A stretch of DNA of 64,000 nt from NCBI GenBank assembly GCA_963726245.1, contig CAVSBT010000038.1, positions 1 through 64,000 on the forward strand, read 5' to 3'. The notes below the pieces were generated by a model that was not told where the DNA came from, did not search any database, and was given only the letters and a program-made list of their open reading frames with translations. Positions within the stretch are counted from its first letter, which is position 1. The number at the start of each line of letters is the position of its first letter. Source of the DNA: an uncultured Chloroflexia bacterium (GTDB lineage Bacteria; Chloroflexota; Dehalococcoidia; DSTF01; JALHUB01). The translations under genes were made by a program, and so were the position numbers. Below are positions 54,861 through 64,000 of the stretch, piece by piece.

Positions 54861-55781
54861 ATGGGAGATAGGCTCAAGGGTCGCGTGGCGATCGTTACCG
54901 GCGCCGGCCGCGGCATCGGACGCGGCGAAGCTCTGGCCCTCGCCTCCGAGGGCGCCATCGTCATCATCAACGACATTGGTGGTGCGGTCGACGGTTCCGG
55001 GCAGGCTCGTGGCCCTGCCGACGAGGTGGTGGACGAGATCAAGAAGAAGGGCGGGCAGGCGGCGTCTAACTACGACAACATCGTCGATCACGCCACCGGC
55101 GAGAAGCTTGTCAAGCAGGCTCTTGACACCTTCGGCAGGCTGGACATCGTCGTCAACAACGCCGGCATCCTCCGCGACCGCATGATCTTCAACATGGCCG
55201 AGGAGGAGTTCGACGCCGTCATCGCCGTGCACGTCAAGGGCCACTTCAACCTGATGCAGGCCGCCTGCGTGTACTTCCGCCAGGCCCGCCACCCCGGGGT
55301 CATCATCAACACCTCCTCGACGTCCGGGTTGGGGAACCCCGGCCAGACCAACTACGCGGCGGCGAAGGAGGGCATCATCGGCATGACGCGGACGATTGCC
55401 CGGGAGATGGGCCGCTACGGCGTCCGCTGCAACGCCATCCGCCCCATGGCCGCCACGCGCATGACGCTGAGCGACGACATGAAGCAGCGCTACGCGCGGG
55501 CCGGCGAGGCGGGCCTGAAGATGCTCGCCGAGATGGAGAAGCAGGTGCCGGAGGAGATCGGTCCTTTCGTGGCCTGGCTCTGCACCGATGAGGCCGCCAA
55601 CATCAACGGCCGCAACTTCCTGATTCGCGCCGGCTACGTCGGCCTCTACTCCGAGCCGGAGATCGTAGCGTCCGTGGAGACGGACAAGCCGTGGTCAGTG
55701 GACCTGGTCTCCCAGCTCGTGCCCAAGCCGATGACGGCCAACCTGGTCAACGAGTGGCCGCTCCAGCCCCCGAAGGAGTAA
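54861..55781 (+). CDS. SDR family oxidoreductase
   Basis: TGAGRGIG, NNAGILRDR, NYAAAK. Confidence 0.93.
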   Translation: MGDRLKGRVAIVTGAGRGIGRGEALALASEGAIVIINDIGGAVDGSGQARGPADEVVDEIKKKGGQAASNYDNIVDHATGEKLVKQALDTFGRLDIVVNNAGILRDRMIFNMAEEEFDAVIAVHVKGHFNLMQAACVYFRQARHPGVIINTSSTSGLGNPGQTNYAAAKEGIIGMTRTIAREMGRYGVRCNAIRPMAATRMTLSDDMKQRYARAGEAGLKMLAEMEKQVPEEIGPFVAWLCTDEAANINGRNFLIRAGYVGLYSEPEIVASVETDKPWSVDLVSQLVPKPMTANLVNEWPLQPPKE

Positions 55782-55882
55782 GGCGACGTCGAACACCGAG
55801 CATCGAACACAGTGCAGAGAGCGGAGGCCGGGCGCCGCGCGCCCGGCCTCCGTTTCGTGCTCCGTGCGAGCTGCTGCTGTGT

Positions 55883-57361
55883 CTAGTTGAGCTTGATCTG
55901 GACGCTCTTGGTCTCCAGGAAGTTCTCCATCCCCTCCTGGCCCAGTTCCCTGCCGATGCCGCTCTGCTTGTAGCCGCCGTAGGGCATGTGGGGAATGCCG
56001 GCCGTGTGGTAGGAGTTCACCCACACGCTGCCCGCCTTGACTCCCTTGGCGAACTTCAGGGCGCGGTTCAAATCGTTGGTCCAGATGGCAGCGGCCAGTC
56101 CGTACATCGTCTCATTGGCGATGCGCAGGGCCTCCTCGGGCTCGCGGAAGGTGATGACCGAGAGCACGGGCCCAAAGATCTCCTCCTGGGCGATCCTCAT
56201 CCTGTTTTCCACCTGGTCGAAGAGAGTGGGCTCGTAGAAGAGGCCGCGGTCGAAGCCCTCGCCGGTGATGCGCCGGCCGCCCCTCAAAAGCTTCGCCTTC
56301 TCCTGTCGACCGGCCTCCACGTAGCCCTCCACCTTGTGCAACTGCTCTTCGGAGACCAGGGGCCCCAGGGTGGTCGACGGGTCCAGCGGGTCGCCGGCCT
56401 TCAGGGTTCCAGTGAAGGCTATGAACCTGTCGATGAAGGCGTCGTGGACCTCCTGCTGAACCAGCAGTCGAGAGCCCGCCTGACAGACCTGGCCGGCGTT
56501 CAGGTAGATGCCCAGGATGGCGCTCCCGGCGGCGGCGTCCAGGTTCGCGTCGGCGAAGACGATGTTCGGCGACTTGCCCCCCAGCTCCAGCGATATCTTC
56601 TTCACGTTGCTGGATGCCAGTTGCATGATGCGCCGTCCGGTCTCCGTGGAGCCGGTGAAGGCCACCTTGTCGACGGCCGCGCTGGCGGCGATCTTCTCGC
56701 CGACGACGCCGGCGGGGCCCGTCACCACGTTCACCACGCCCGGCGGCGCTCCCGCCTCCGTCACGATGCGCCCCAGCTCGTAGGTGCTGCAGGGCGTGAA
56801 GGTGGAGGGCTTGAGGACGTTCGTGCAGCCCACAGCCAGCGAGGGCGCCAGCTTCCAGGTGCAGAGCAGCAAGGGGAAGTTCCAGGGGGTGATGATACCC
56901 ACCACTCCCACGGGCTCCTTCAGCACCAGGCCTATCGCGTCCGGCACGTAGCCGGTGATGGCCTGCCCCTTCACGTCCAGGGCGAGACCGGCATAGTAGT
57001 CGAACACGTCGGCTGCCATCATCACCTCGGCGGCGGACTCGCGAAGGGGCTTGCCCACCTCCAGGGAGAGAAGACGGGACAGCGACGGCCTCTCTTCGCG
57101 GAGCTTGTCGGCAATCTTGCGGAGGACGGCGGCGCGTTCCTTGGCGGGCGCCTCGCTCCACTTGCCGCTGTCGAAGGCGCGACGTGCCGCCTGGATGGCG
57201 GCCTCGGTGTCTTGCTCGTCGGCGCTGGGGCAGACGGCGACGAGCTCCCCCGATGCCGGGCTGCGCCGTTCGAAGGTGCGGCCGCTGCCGGCGTCGCGCC
57301 AGTCGCCGTCGATGAGGAGCCGGTAAGTCTGAGCGGTGGCAGGTTCTGTGGCCGCGGTCAT
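55883..57361 (-). CDS. Aldehyde dehydrogenase
   Basis: ITPWNFP, FTGSTETG, LELGGKSP, GQVCQAGSR, EEIFGPV, GGYKQSG. Confidence 0.95.
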   Translation of the reverse strand: MTAATEPATAQTYRLLIDGDWRDAGSGRTFERRSPASGELVAVCPSADEQDTEAAIQAARRAFDSGKWSEAPAKERAAVLRKIADKLREERPSLSRLLSLEVGKPLRESAAEVMMAADVFDYYAGLALDVKGQAITGYVPDAIGLVLKEPVGVVGIITPWNFPLLLCTWKLAPSLAVGCTNVLKPSTFTPCSTYELGRIVTEAGAPPGVVNVVTGPAGVVGEKIAASAAVDKVAFTGSTETGRRIMQLASSNVKKISLELGGKSPNIVFADANLDAAAGSAILGIYLNAGQVCQAGSRLLVQQEVHDAFIDRFIAFTGTLKAGDPLDPSTTLGPLVSEEQLHKVEGYVEAGRQEKAKLLRGGRRITGEGFDRGLFYEPTLFDQVENRMRIAQEEIFGPVLSVITFREPEEALRIANETMYGLAAAIWTNDLNRALKFAKGVKAGSVWVNSYHTAGIPHMPYGGYKQSGIGRELGQEGMENFLETKSVQIKLN

Positions 57362-57762
57362 CCTTTTCTCCCTTGATCCGCCTGTGGTGGCTTTGCGAAA
57401 CTCAGCAGGGTCCGTTCTGCTGGACCTGTCATTTCTAGGATAACACTGTTTGCCGCGCGTCCGCGCTCGACGGTCTGTTCTCCTGAGACCGGCGGCGGCA
57501 GTGAGGCACCCTGCGACAGATGACCAATAGAGATTATAGAAATAGGTAATTGGCTTAAGGCAGGTGGGTGTTGTACACTGCGCCTGCATTCTGGAGGCCA
57601 CGGCTTCTAGGAGCAGTTCTCCCGACGCCGGTGGACCCGGCGGTCGCCCATATCTGGCCAAGACGGCTGGTCATGGAGTTCTGTCAGGCGCGGACGTTGT
57701 GACGCGCTGGGTTCCGTGTGCAGTGAGCGACTGCAGGCGGCGGAAACAAGGGGGTATGTCCA

Positions 57763-59096
57763 ATGTTAGCAAGATCCCGACGTGGATTCCTCATCGCGGC
57801 CATTCTGGTGGGCAGCCTTCTCCTAGTGAGCTGCGGTGGGGGAAATGGTGGGGGGAACAATAACGGGGCCGAAAAGACGGCCACCCCTCCCGACACTACC
57901 GGCGTCACCGCCACCGAGGTCAAGTGGGGTACCCACTACCCTCTGAGCCAGAACCCAGCTTCCGCCTACGCGCCCATCGCCTACGGCATGAAGGCCTTCT
58001 ACGACTATATCAGCGCCCAGGGTGGCGTGTATGGGCGGAAGCTCACGCTGATCATCGGTGACGACCACTACAACCCCGCGGACACGGTGGAGGTCATCCG
58101 GCAGCTCGTGGAGCAAGAGAAGGTGTTTGGGATCCTCAGCGGCCTCGGTGAGTCGACTCACCTCGCTGTCTATAAGTACCTTGAGGACCAAGGCATCCCC
58201 GACATGTATCTCTCCACCGGTCTCGACCTGTGGACCAACCCCGTGGCCAAGAACCGGTTTGCCGGCAACCCCGACTACGTCACCGAGGGCAAGTTCCTCG
58301 CGGAGTACCTAGTCAAGAACTTCAGCGGCAAGAAGGTGGGCTTCCTCCTCCAGAACGACCAGTTGGGAGTTGACGGCGAGAAGGGTCTGAGGGAGGGTCT
58401 GGCGGGCAGCGACGTCCAGATCGTCGCAAGGAGACGTACGAGTCAGCCAACTGGGACGCCTCGGCGCAGACGCAGCGGCTGAAGAACGCCGGCGCGGAGG
58501 TCCTCGTCGCCTTTGCCATCCCACCCCAGGCCGCCAGCATGGTCAAGACGGCCCGCGAGACCCTCGCCTGGGATGTCCCCATCTTCGTCAGCGGCATCAA
58601 TTGCAGCGATATCTTCATCGCCCTGGCTACGGCGAAGGACGCCGAGGGAGTGCTTAGCTTCACCTTTGGCCTCCAGGCGTACGCAACCGACGATCCGGGC
58701 GTCCAGAAATACGAGAAGATCTGGGCGAAGTACGGCAACGGTGGCCCGATGAGCAGCTTTGAGCTCTACGGCATGTTTGTCGCCGAGCTAGCCGTGTACA
58801 ACATGGAAGTGGCCGGGCCGGACCTCAGCCGTCAGTCGTTCCTCGACGCCGCTGAGAATACGTGCAAGTTCGATTGCACGACCTGTTTCCGCGGCGGGCC
58901 CGTCATGACGAGCCCGACCGACCACAAGATATCGGAGAACCTTGTCTACAATAAGGTTGTGAACGGCACCTGGCAGCAGATCAGCGATATGGTCAGCTTC
59001 GAATCGACCAAGGACTGCACGCCGCCGACGATGCCTGCTGACTTCGACAAGCAACCCAAGGTTGGGCGTGCCGCGGAGTTCGTGGAGGTTCCCTAG
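57763..59096 (+). CDS. ABC substrate-binding lipoprotein, LivJ-like family, copy A1 (frameshift near 58428)
   Basis: LLLVSC lipobox, GGVYGRK...DDHYNP; near-identical to 60814..62154. Confidence 0.88.
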
Positions 59097-59354
59097 CGCG
59101 CAGAACGCGGGGGTTGTGGTCAGCCGGGGGCGCCGCGAACGATTTCGAGTCCGCGCCGAGCATCGCCGTCGGCTGCAAGAACGGGGGCGAGACGGTCTCT
59201 AAGCAGTAATCAGGGCAGCGAGCCTCTCATCTGCCGGAATCCGCCCCGGCGGCCAAGGTTGAGTCCGGGCCTCCGGGAATCTGCGCCTGCAGGCGCCGGT
59301 GGTGGCGCCGCGCCGAGGGTCATTACGACTGTCGGAGCGGCGAAAGGGGGGTGT

Positions 59355-60674
59355 GTGTCAGTGGTGGCAAGGTTCCGGCCTCCTTTCCTTCTCGCGGTCA
59401 TACTCTTCGGTGGCCTGCTCCTCGTGAGTTGCGGCGGAGGCACCGCGGACGAGGGCGGCAAGACGCCTGAGGCGACCCAGCCGGCAGGTGCCGAGGCGCC
59501 GGATTCGGCGACGGTCCCCGGGGTAACCGACACCGAGATCCTGCTGGGGACCCACTTCCCCCTGAGTCAGAACCCGGCGGCGGCCTACGCGCCCATCGCT
59601 GACGGCATGCGGGCCTACTTCGCGTACGTCAACTCCCAGGGAGGTGTCTACGGCCGCCAGATCAAATTGCTGGTAGGGGATGACCACTTCAACCCGGCGG
59701 ATACCGTGGAGGTGGTACGCAAGCTGGTCGAGCAGGACAACGTCCTGGCCATCGTGGGCGGCCTCGGTGACGCGCCCCACAGCGCGGTCTGGAAGTACTT
59801 GGAGGAGCGCGGCGTCCCTGACATGTTCATATCCGGCGGTCTCGACAAGTGGACGGACCCGCTTGTGAGGACTCGCTTCCAGGGTAACCCCAACTACGGA
59901 ACCGAGGGCGCCATGCTCGCCAAGTATCTCATCGAGAACTATGACGGGAAGAAGCTGGCCCTGCTGCTGGAGAATGATGAGTTCGGCGAGAACGGCAAGA
60001 AAGCGATTCTCGACGGTATAAAGGGCAGTGACATCAAGGTTGTCGCGGAGGAAAAGTACGAGACCACCTCGTGGGACGTGACTGCCCAGACACAGCGGTT
60101 GAAGGCGGCTAACCCCGACGTCATCGTCGCTTACGCGGTGCCGCCACCGGCAGCCAGTCTCGTCAAGGCAGCCCGCGAGATCTTGAATTGGGATGTCCCG
60201 ATCGTGGTCACAGGCGTAGTCCTCACCGACATATTCATCCAGTTGGCCGGGGCGCAGAACGCCGAGGGTGTGGTCAGCGTGGTCTTCGGCAAGCAGATCT
60301 ACCAGACGGATGACCCCGGGGTCCAGAGGCACATCCAGATCATGAAAGACTTCGGCCAGGGCGTGGAGGCGAGCAACTTCACCCTCTACGGGGCCTTCGT
60401 AGCCGAGATTATGGTGAAGTCGCTTCAGAACGCGGGACCGGACCTCACCCGCGACAGCCTGATATCAGGCGCCGAGGCCATCCACGACTGGTGCTGCTCG
60501 ACCTGCCCGATGCCCATCAACATGAGCCCCACTGACCACCGGCCCGCCGAAATGGAAATGTATGCCAGAGTCGAGAACGGCAAGTGGGTGACGTTCGGCG
60601 AGCCGGTCTTCTCCGAATCGACGCCCGGAAAAGCCGTGGGCTGCAAGGGTTTGGACGAGCCCATCTATCCCTGA
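59355..60674 (+). CDS. ABC substrate-binding lipoprotein, copy B1
   Basis: LLLVSC, GVTDTEI, GGVYGRQI...DDHFNP. Confidence 0.9.
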   Translation: MSVVARFRPPFLLAVILFGGLLLVSCGGGTADEGGKTPEATQPAGAEAPDSATVPGVTDTEILLGTHFPLSQNPAAAYAPIADGMRAYFAYVNSQGGVYGRQIKLLVGDDHFNPADTVEVVRKLVEQDNVLAIVGGLGDAPHSAVWKYLEERGVPDMFISGGLDKWTDPLVRTRFQGNPNYGTEGAMLAKYLIENYDGKKLALLLENDEFGENGKKAILDGIKGSDIKVVAEEKYETTSWDVTAQTQRLKAANPDVIVAYAVPPPAASLVKAAREILNWDVPIVVTGVVLTDIFIQLAGAQNAEGVVSVVFGKQIYQTDDPGVQRHIQIMKDFGQGVEASNFTLYGAFVAEIMVKSLQNAGPDLTRDSLISGAEAIHDWCCSTCPMPINMSPTDHRPAEMEMYARVENGKWVTFGEPVFSESTPGKAVGCKGLDEPIYP

Positions 60675-60813
60675 CGAAACGAAGTGACGAAAGACGTTGA
60701 TCTGCAACCAGGGTCCGGCCCCAGCGCTCAGGGGCCTCCGCCCACGAGCGCTGGGTGGTAGTGTCCCGCAGAGGGAGAGGATGGCGGTCAAAGCGGCGTG
60801 AGCAAGGGGGTGC

Positions 60814-62154
60814 ATGAAAATGCTAGCAAAATCCCGACATGGATTCCTCATCGCGGCCATTCTGGTGGGCAGCCTTCTCCTGGTGAGCTGCGGTGGGGGA
60901 AATGGTGGGGGGAACAATAACGGGGCCGAAAAGACGACCACGCCTCCCGATACCACCGGCGTCACCGCCACCGAGGTCAAGTGGGGTACCCACTTCCCCT
61001 TGAGCCAGAACCCCGCCTCCGCCTACGCGCCCATCGCCTACGGCATGAAGGCGATGTTCGACTACGTCAGCGCCCAGGGGGGCGTCTATGGGCGGAAGAT
61101 CACGCTGATCATCGGTGACGACCACTACAACCCCGCCGACACGGTGGAGGTCATCCGGCAGCTAGTGGAGCAGGATAAGGTCTTCGGGATAGTCGGCGGC
61201 CTTGGTGAGTCGACACACCTCGCCGTCTACAAGTACCTTGAGGACCAAGGCATCCCCGACATGTATGTGTCCACCGGTCTCGAGATGTGGACCGACCCGG
61301 TGGTCAAGAGCCGGTTTGCCGGCAACCCCGACTACGTCACCGAGGGCAAGTTCCTCGGGCAGTACATAGCCAAGAACTTCAACGGCAAGAAGGTGGGCTT
61401 TCTCCTCCAGAACGACCAGTTGGGAGTTGACGGCGAGAAGGGTCTGAGGCAAGGCCTGGAGGGCAGCGACGTCCAGATCGTCGACGAGGAGAGGTACGAG
61501 TCGGCCAACTGGGACGCCTCGGCGCAGACGCAGCGGCTGAAGAACTCCGGTGCGGAGGTGCTCGTCGCCTTTGCCATCCCACCCCAGGCGGCCAGCATGG
61601 TCAAGACAGCCCGCGAGACCCTTGCCTGGGATGTCCCCATCCTCGTTAGCGGCATCAATTGCAGCGATATCTTCATCTCCCTTGCTACGGCGAAGGACGC
61701 CGAGGGAGTGATCAGCTTCACCTTTGGCCGCCAGGCTTATGCAACCGACCTTCCGCAGGTCCAGAAGTACGAGAAGATCTGGGCGAAGTACGGCAACGGC
61801 GGCGATCTGAACAACTTCGAGCTCTATGGCATGTTCGTCGCCGAGCTGACAGCGTACAACATGGAAGAGGCCGGGCCGGACCTCAGCCGGCAGTCCTTCC
61901 TCGATGCCGCTGAGAACACGTGCAAGTTCGATTGCTCGACCTGTTTCGACACCGGGCCTGTTTCGACGAGCCCCACCGACCACAAGATATCGAAGCACCT
62001 TGTCTACAATAAGGTTGTGAACGGCACCTGGCAGCAGATCAGCGATGTGGTCAGCTTCGAAACGACCAACGACTGCACGCCGCGGCAGATGCCTGCTGAC
62101 TTCGACAAGCAACCCAAGCTCGGACGCCTCATCCCGTACGTCGAGGTGCCGTAG
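60814..62154 (+). CDS. ABC substrate-binding lipoprotein, copy A2
   Basis: Same motifs as A1; intact ORF. Confidence 0.9.
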   Translation: MKMLAKSRHGFLIAAILVGSLLLVSCGGGNGGGNNNGAEKTTTPPDTTGVTATEVKWGTHFPLSQNPASAYAPIAYGMKAMFDYVSAQGGVYGRKITLIIGDDHYNPADTVEVIRQLVEQDKVFGIVGGLGESTHLAVYKYLEDQGIPDMYVSTGLEMWTDPVVKSRFAGNPDYVTEGKFLGQYIAKNFNGKKVGFLLQNDQLGVDGEKGLRQGLEGSDVQIVDEERYESANWDASAQTQRLKNSGAEVLVAFAIPPQAASMVKTARETLAWDVPILVSGINCSDIFISLATAKDAEGVISFTFGRQAYATDLPQVQKYEKIWAKYGNGGDLNNFELYGMFVAELTAYNMEEAGPDLSRQSFLDAAENTCKFDCSTCFDTGPVSTSPTDHKISKHLVYNKVVNGTWQQISDVVSFETTNDCTPRQMPADFDKQPKLGRLIPYVEVP

Positions 62155-62201
62155 CGAGCAGAACGCGAAGGTTGTGGCCAGAGGGGTCTTGGGCCGCCAG
62201 A

Positions 62202-63527
62202 GTGGTAGTGTCAGCACGATTTCGAAGCGGATTGCTCCTGGCAACGATGTTGCTCGCCGGGCTCTTCCTGATGAGCTGCGGCGGAGAAAAGGAGGGCGTC
62301 GGTAAGACGCCCACGGCGGCAACGCCAATAGCCGGCGAGACGCCGGGCGCCGATAAGGTGCCCGGCGTCTCGGACACGGAGGTGGTACTTGGGGCCCACC
62401 TTCCCCTGAGTCAGTCGCCGGCCTCCTCCTACGCTGTCGTAGCCGATGGGATGCGGGCCTACTTCGACTACGTCAACTCCTTGGGGGGCGTCTACGGCCG
62501 GAAGATCACCTTTCTAATAGGCGATGACCACTTCAACCCTGCGGATGCGGTCGAGGTGGTGCGAAAGCTCGTCGAGCAAGACCAGGTCTTCGCTATCGTC
62601 GGCGGCGTCGGCGACCCGACCCAACTCGCGGTCATGCAATACCTGGAAGACAAGGGTGTCCCCGATCTCTTCCTGGGCGGCGGCGTCGTTGAATTCACCG
62701 AGCCCGTGGTGAAGTCGCGCATCGGCATGACCTGTGACTATAAGACCGAAGCGGAGGTAATGGCCGACTACATCAAGAAGAATTACAGCGGGAAGAGGAT
62801 GGGGATCGTCTATCAGAGCGATACCGCCGGCACCACTGGTCTGGAGATGATGACCGAGGCACTCAAGGACAGCGACATCCAGATCGTCTCCACGCAATCG
62901 TACGATTGGGGCCAGTTCGACCTCACCGCGCAGATGCAGCGGCTGAAGAAAGACAATCCCGACTTCGTGGATCTGATGGCCAATGCGGGCGCGGCCGCCA
63001 GCGCCATCAAGGTGGCGCGAGAGCTTCTCGATTGGGACGTGCCCTTCATTACGAGCGCTGTTTCCGCCGTCGAGTTCACGATAGACCTGGCAGGCGCTAA
63101 GAACGCTGAGGGCACGGTCAGCGTGACCACCGGCAAGATGATATCGGAGAAGGATGACCCCGGCGTACAGCGCCATATCGAGTTGATGAAGCAGTTCGCC
63201 CCCACCGTAGCGCCGAGCTCTCTGACCGAGTACGGTATGACGGTCGCCGAGCTCATGGTTCAGGCGCTGAAGAACGCCGGCCCGAACCTGACCCGTGAAA
63301 GCATCGTGGAGGGTGCCGAAGCTATCCGCGACTACTGCTGCCTCGCCTGCCTGCTGCCCGCAAACCTCAGCCCAACCGATCATCGGGTGTCGGAGGCTCT
63401 GTGGTTCGAGAGGGTCGAGAACGGCCAGTGGGTGCGGTTCGGCGAGCCGGTGGTCCGTGAGTCGACGCCCGGCAAAGTCGTCGCCTGCAAGGGCACGGGA
63501 GAACCCGTTTACGCGAGCGGCGAGTGA
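62202..63527 (+). CDS. ABC substrate-binding lipoprotein, copy B2
   Basis: LFLMSC lipobox; shares the ESTPGKxVxCKG tail with B1. Confidence 0.9.
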   Translation: MVVSARFRSGLLLATMLLAGLFLMSCGGEKEGVGKTPTAATPIAGETPGADKVPGVSDTEVVLGAHLPLSQSPASSYAVVADGMRAYFDYVNSLGGVYGRKITFLIGDDHFNPADAVEVVRKLVEQDQVFAIVGGVGDPTQLAVMQYLEDKGVPDLFLGGGVVEFTEPVVKSRIGMTCDYKTEAEVMADYIKKNYSGKRMGIVYQSDTAGTTGLEMMTEALKDSDIQIVSTQSYDWGQFDLTAQMQRLKKDNPDFVDLMANAGAAASAIKVARELLDWDVPFITSAVSAVEFTIDLAGAKNAEGTVSVTTGKMISEKDDPGVQRHIELMKQFAPTVAPSSLTEYGMTVAELMVQALKNAGPNLTRESIVEGAEAIRDYCCLACLLPANLSPTDHRVSEALWFERVENGQWVRFGEPVVRESTPGKVVACKGTGEPVYASGE

Positions 63528-63582
63528 GGGCGGCGAGGGAACAAGCAACAAACAACAAGCAACAAGGAACAAGGGAGGGCGC

Positions 63583-64000
63583 ATGGATCCGAAGGGGAAG
63601 GTTGCAATAGTCTCGGGAGGCGCCTCAGGCATAGGGCTGGCGACTGCCAAGCTGCTGGCGTCAAACGGCGCTCGGCTGGTAATCGCTGACCTGCAATCCG
63701 AAGCCGGCGCGGCCGCGGCGCGCGACATCGAAGCGAGCGGCGGCGAGGCGCGCTTCATCCGTACGGACGTGACGAGGCGCGAGGACCTCCAGGGTATGCT
63801 GGACTACGCCGTGCAGCAGTTTGGGCGCGTCGACATCGTCGACAACAACGCGGGCATCTCCGAGATCGGCGAGGAGCTGTTCGGGCCCAGCTCAGACTTG
63901 TGGGAGAAGACGCTGGCGATTGACCTGGAGGCCGTCATTCGCGCCACCAAGCTCGAGGTCCAGCAGCTACGCCGTCAGGGCGGCGGAGGCGTGATCGTCA
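63583..64000 (+). CDS. SDR family oxidoreductase (runs off window end)
   Basis: MDPKGKVAIVSGGASGIG...TDVT...NNAGI; GGAGG RBS. Confidence 0.88.
   Translation, partial: MDPKGKVAIVSGGASGIGLATAKLLASNGARLVIADLQSEAGAAAARDIEASGGEARFIRTDVTRREDLQGMLDYAVQQFGRVDIVDNNAGISEIGEELFGPSSDLWEKTLAIDLEAVIRATKLEVQQLRRQGGGGVIV

Overview
High-GC bacterial chromosomal DNA, most likely Chloroflexota (Dehalococcoidia-like). The taxonomy is inferred from gene content and small conserved hypotheticals, not from a marker search. More than a dozen otherwise intact genes carry single-base frameshifts, which points to long-read or assembly indel errors rather than mass pseudogenisation. Content from left to right: a cyclase-AAA-TPR protein, dehydrogenases, GNAT-hsp20-lon, gyrA, a NodIJ-like ABC exporter and tRNA-Pro(CGG). 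Next comes a 17 kb surface-glycan cluster with a complete WbpA/B/E/D/I-like diacetamido-uronic-acid pathway and an embedded four-repeat secreted protein. Then a TPR lytic transglycosylase, a radical SAM protein and hydrolases. At 42.8-53.6 kb lies a signalling island with no flagellar genes: sigma-28 (FliA/WhiG type), a degenerate Gfo/Idh/MocA protein, CsrA behind a sigma-28-type promoter, two kinases, two response regulators, small Zn-ribbon proteins, ~22 bp-phased palindromic boxes and a variant c-di-AMP (ydaO-type) riboswitch. This island is the best candidate for an undescribed system. The window ends with an internally deleted CocE/NonD gene with an LPxTG tail, SDR/ALDH genes and an ABAB array of Cys-rich ABC binding lipoproteins. 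Several short palindromic repeat families are dispersed throughout, and one has inserted twice, nested and in frame, into wecB.
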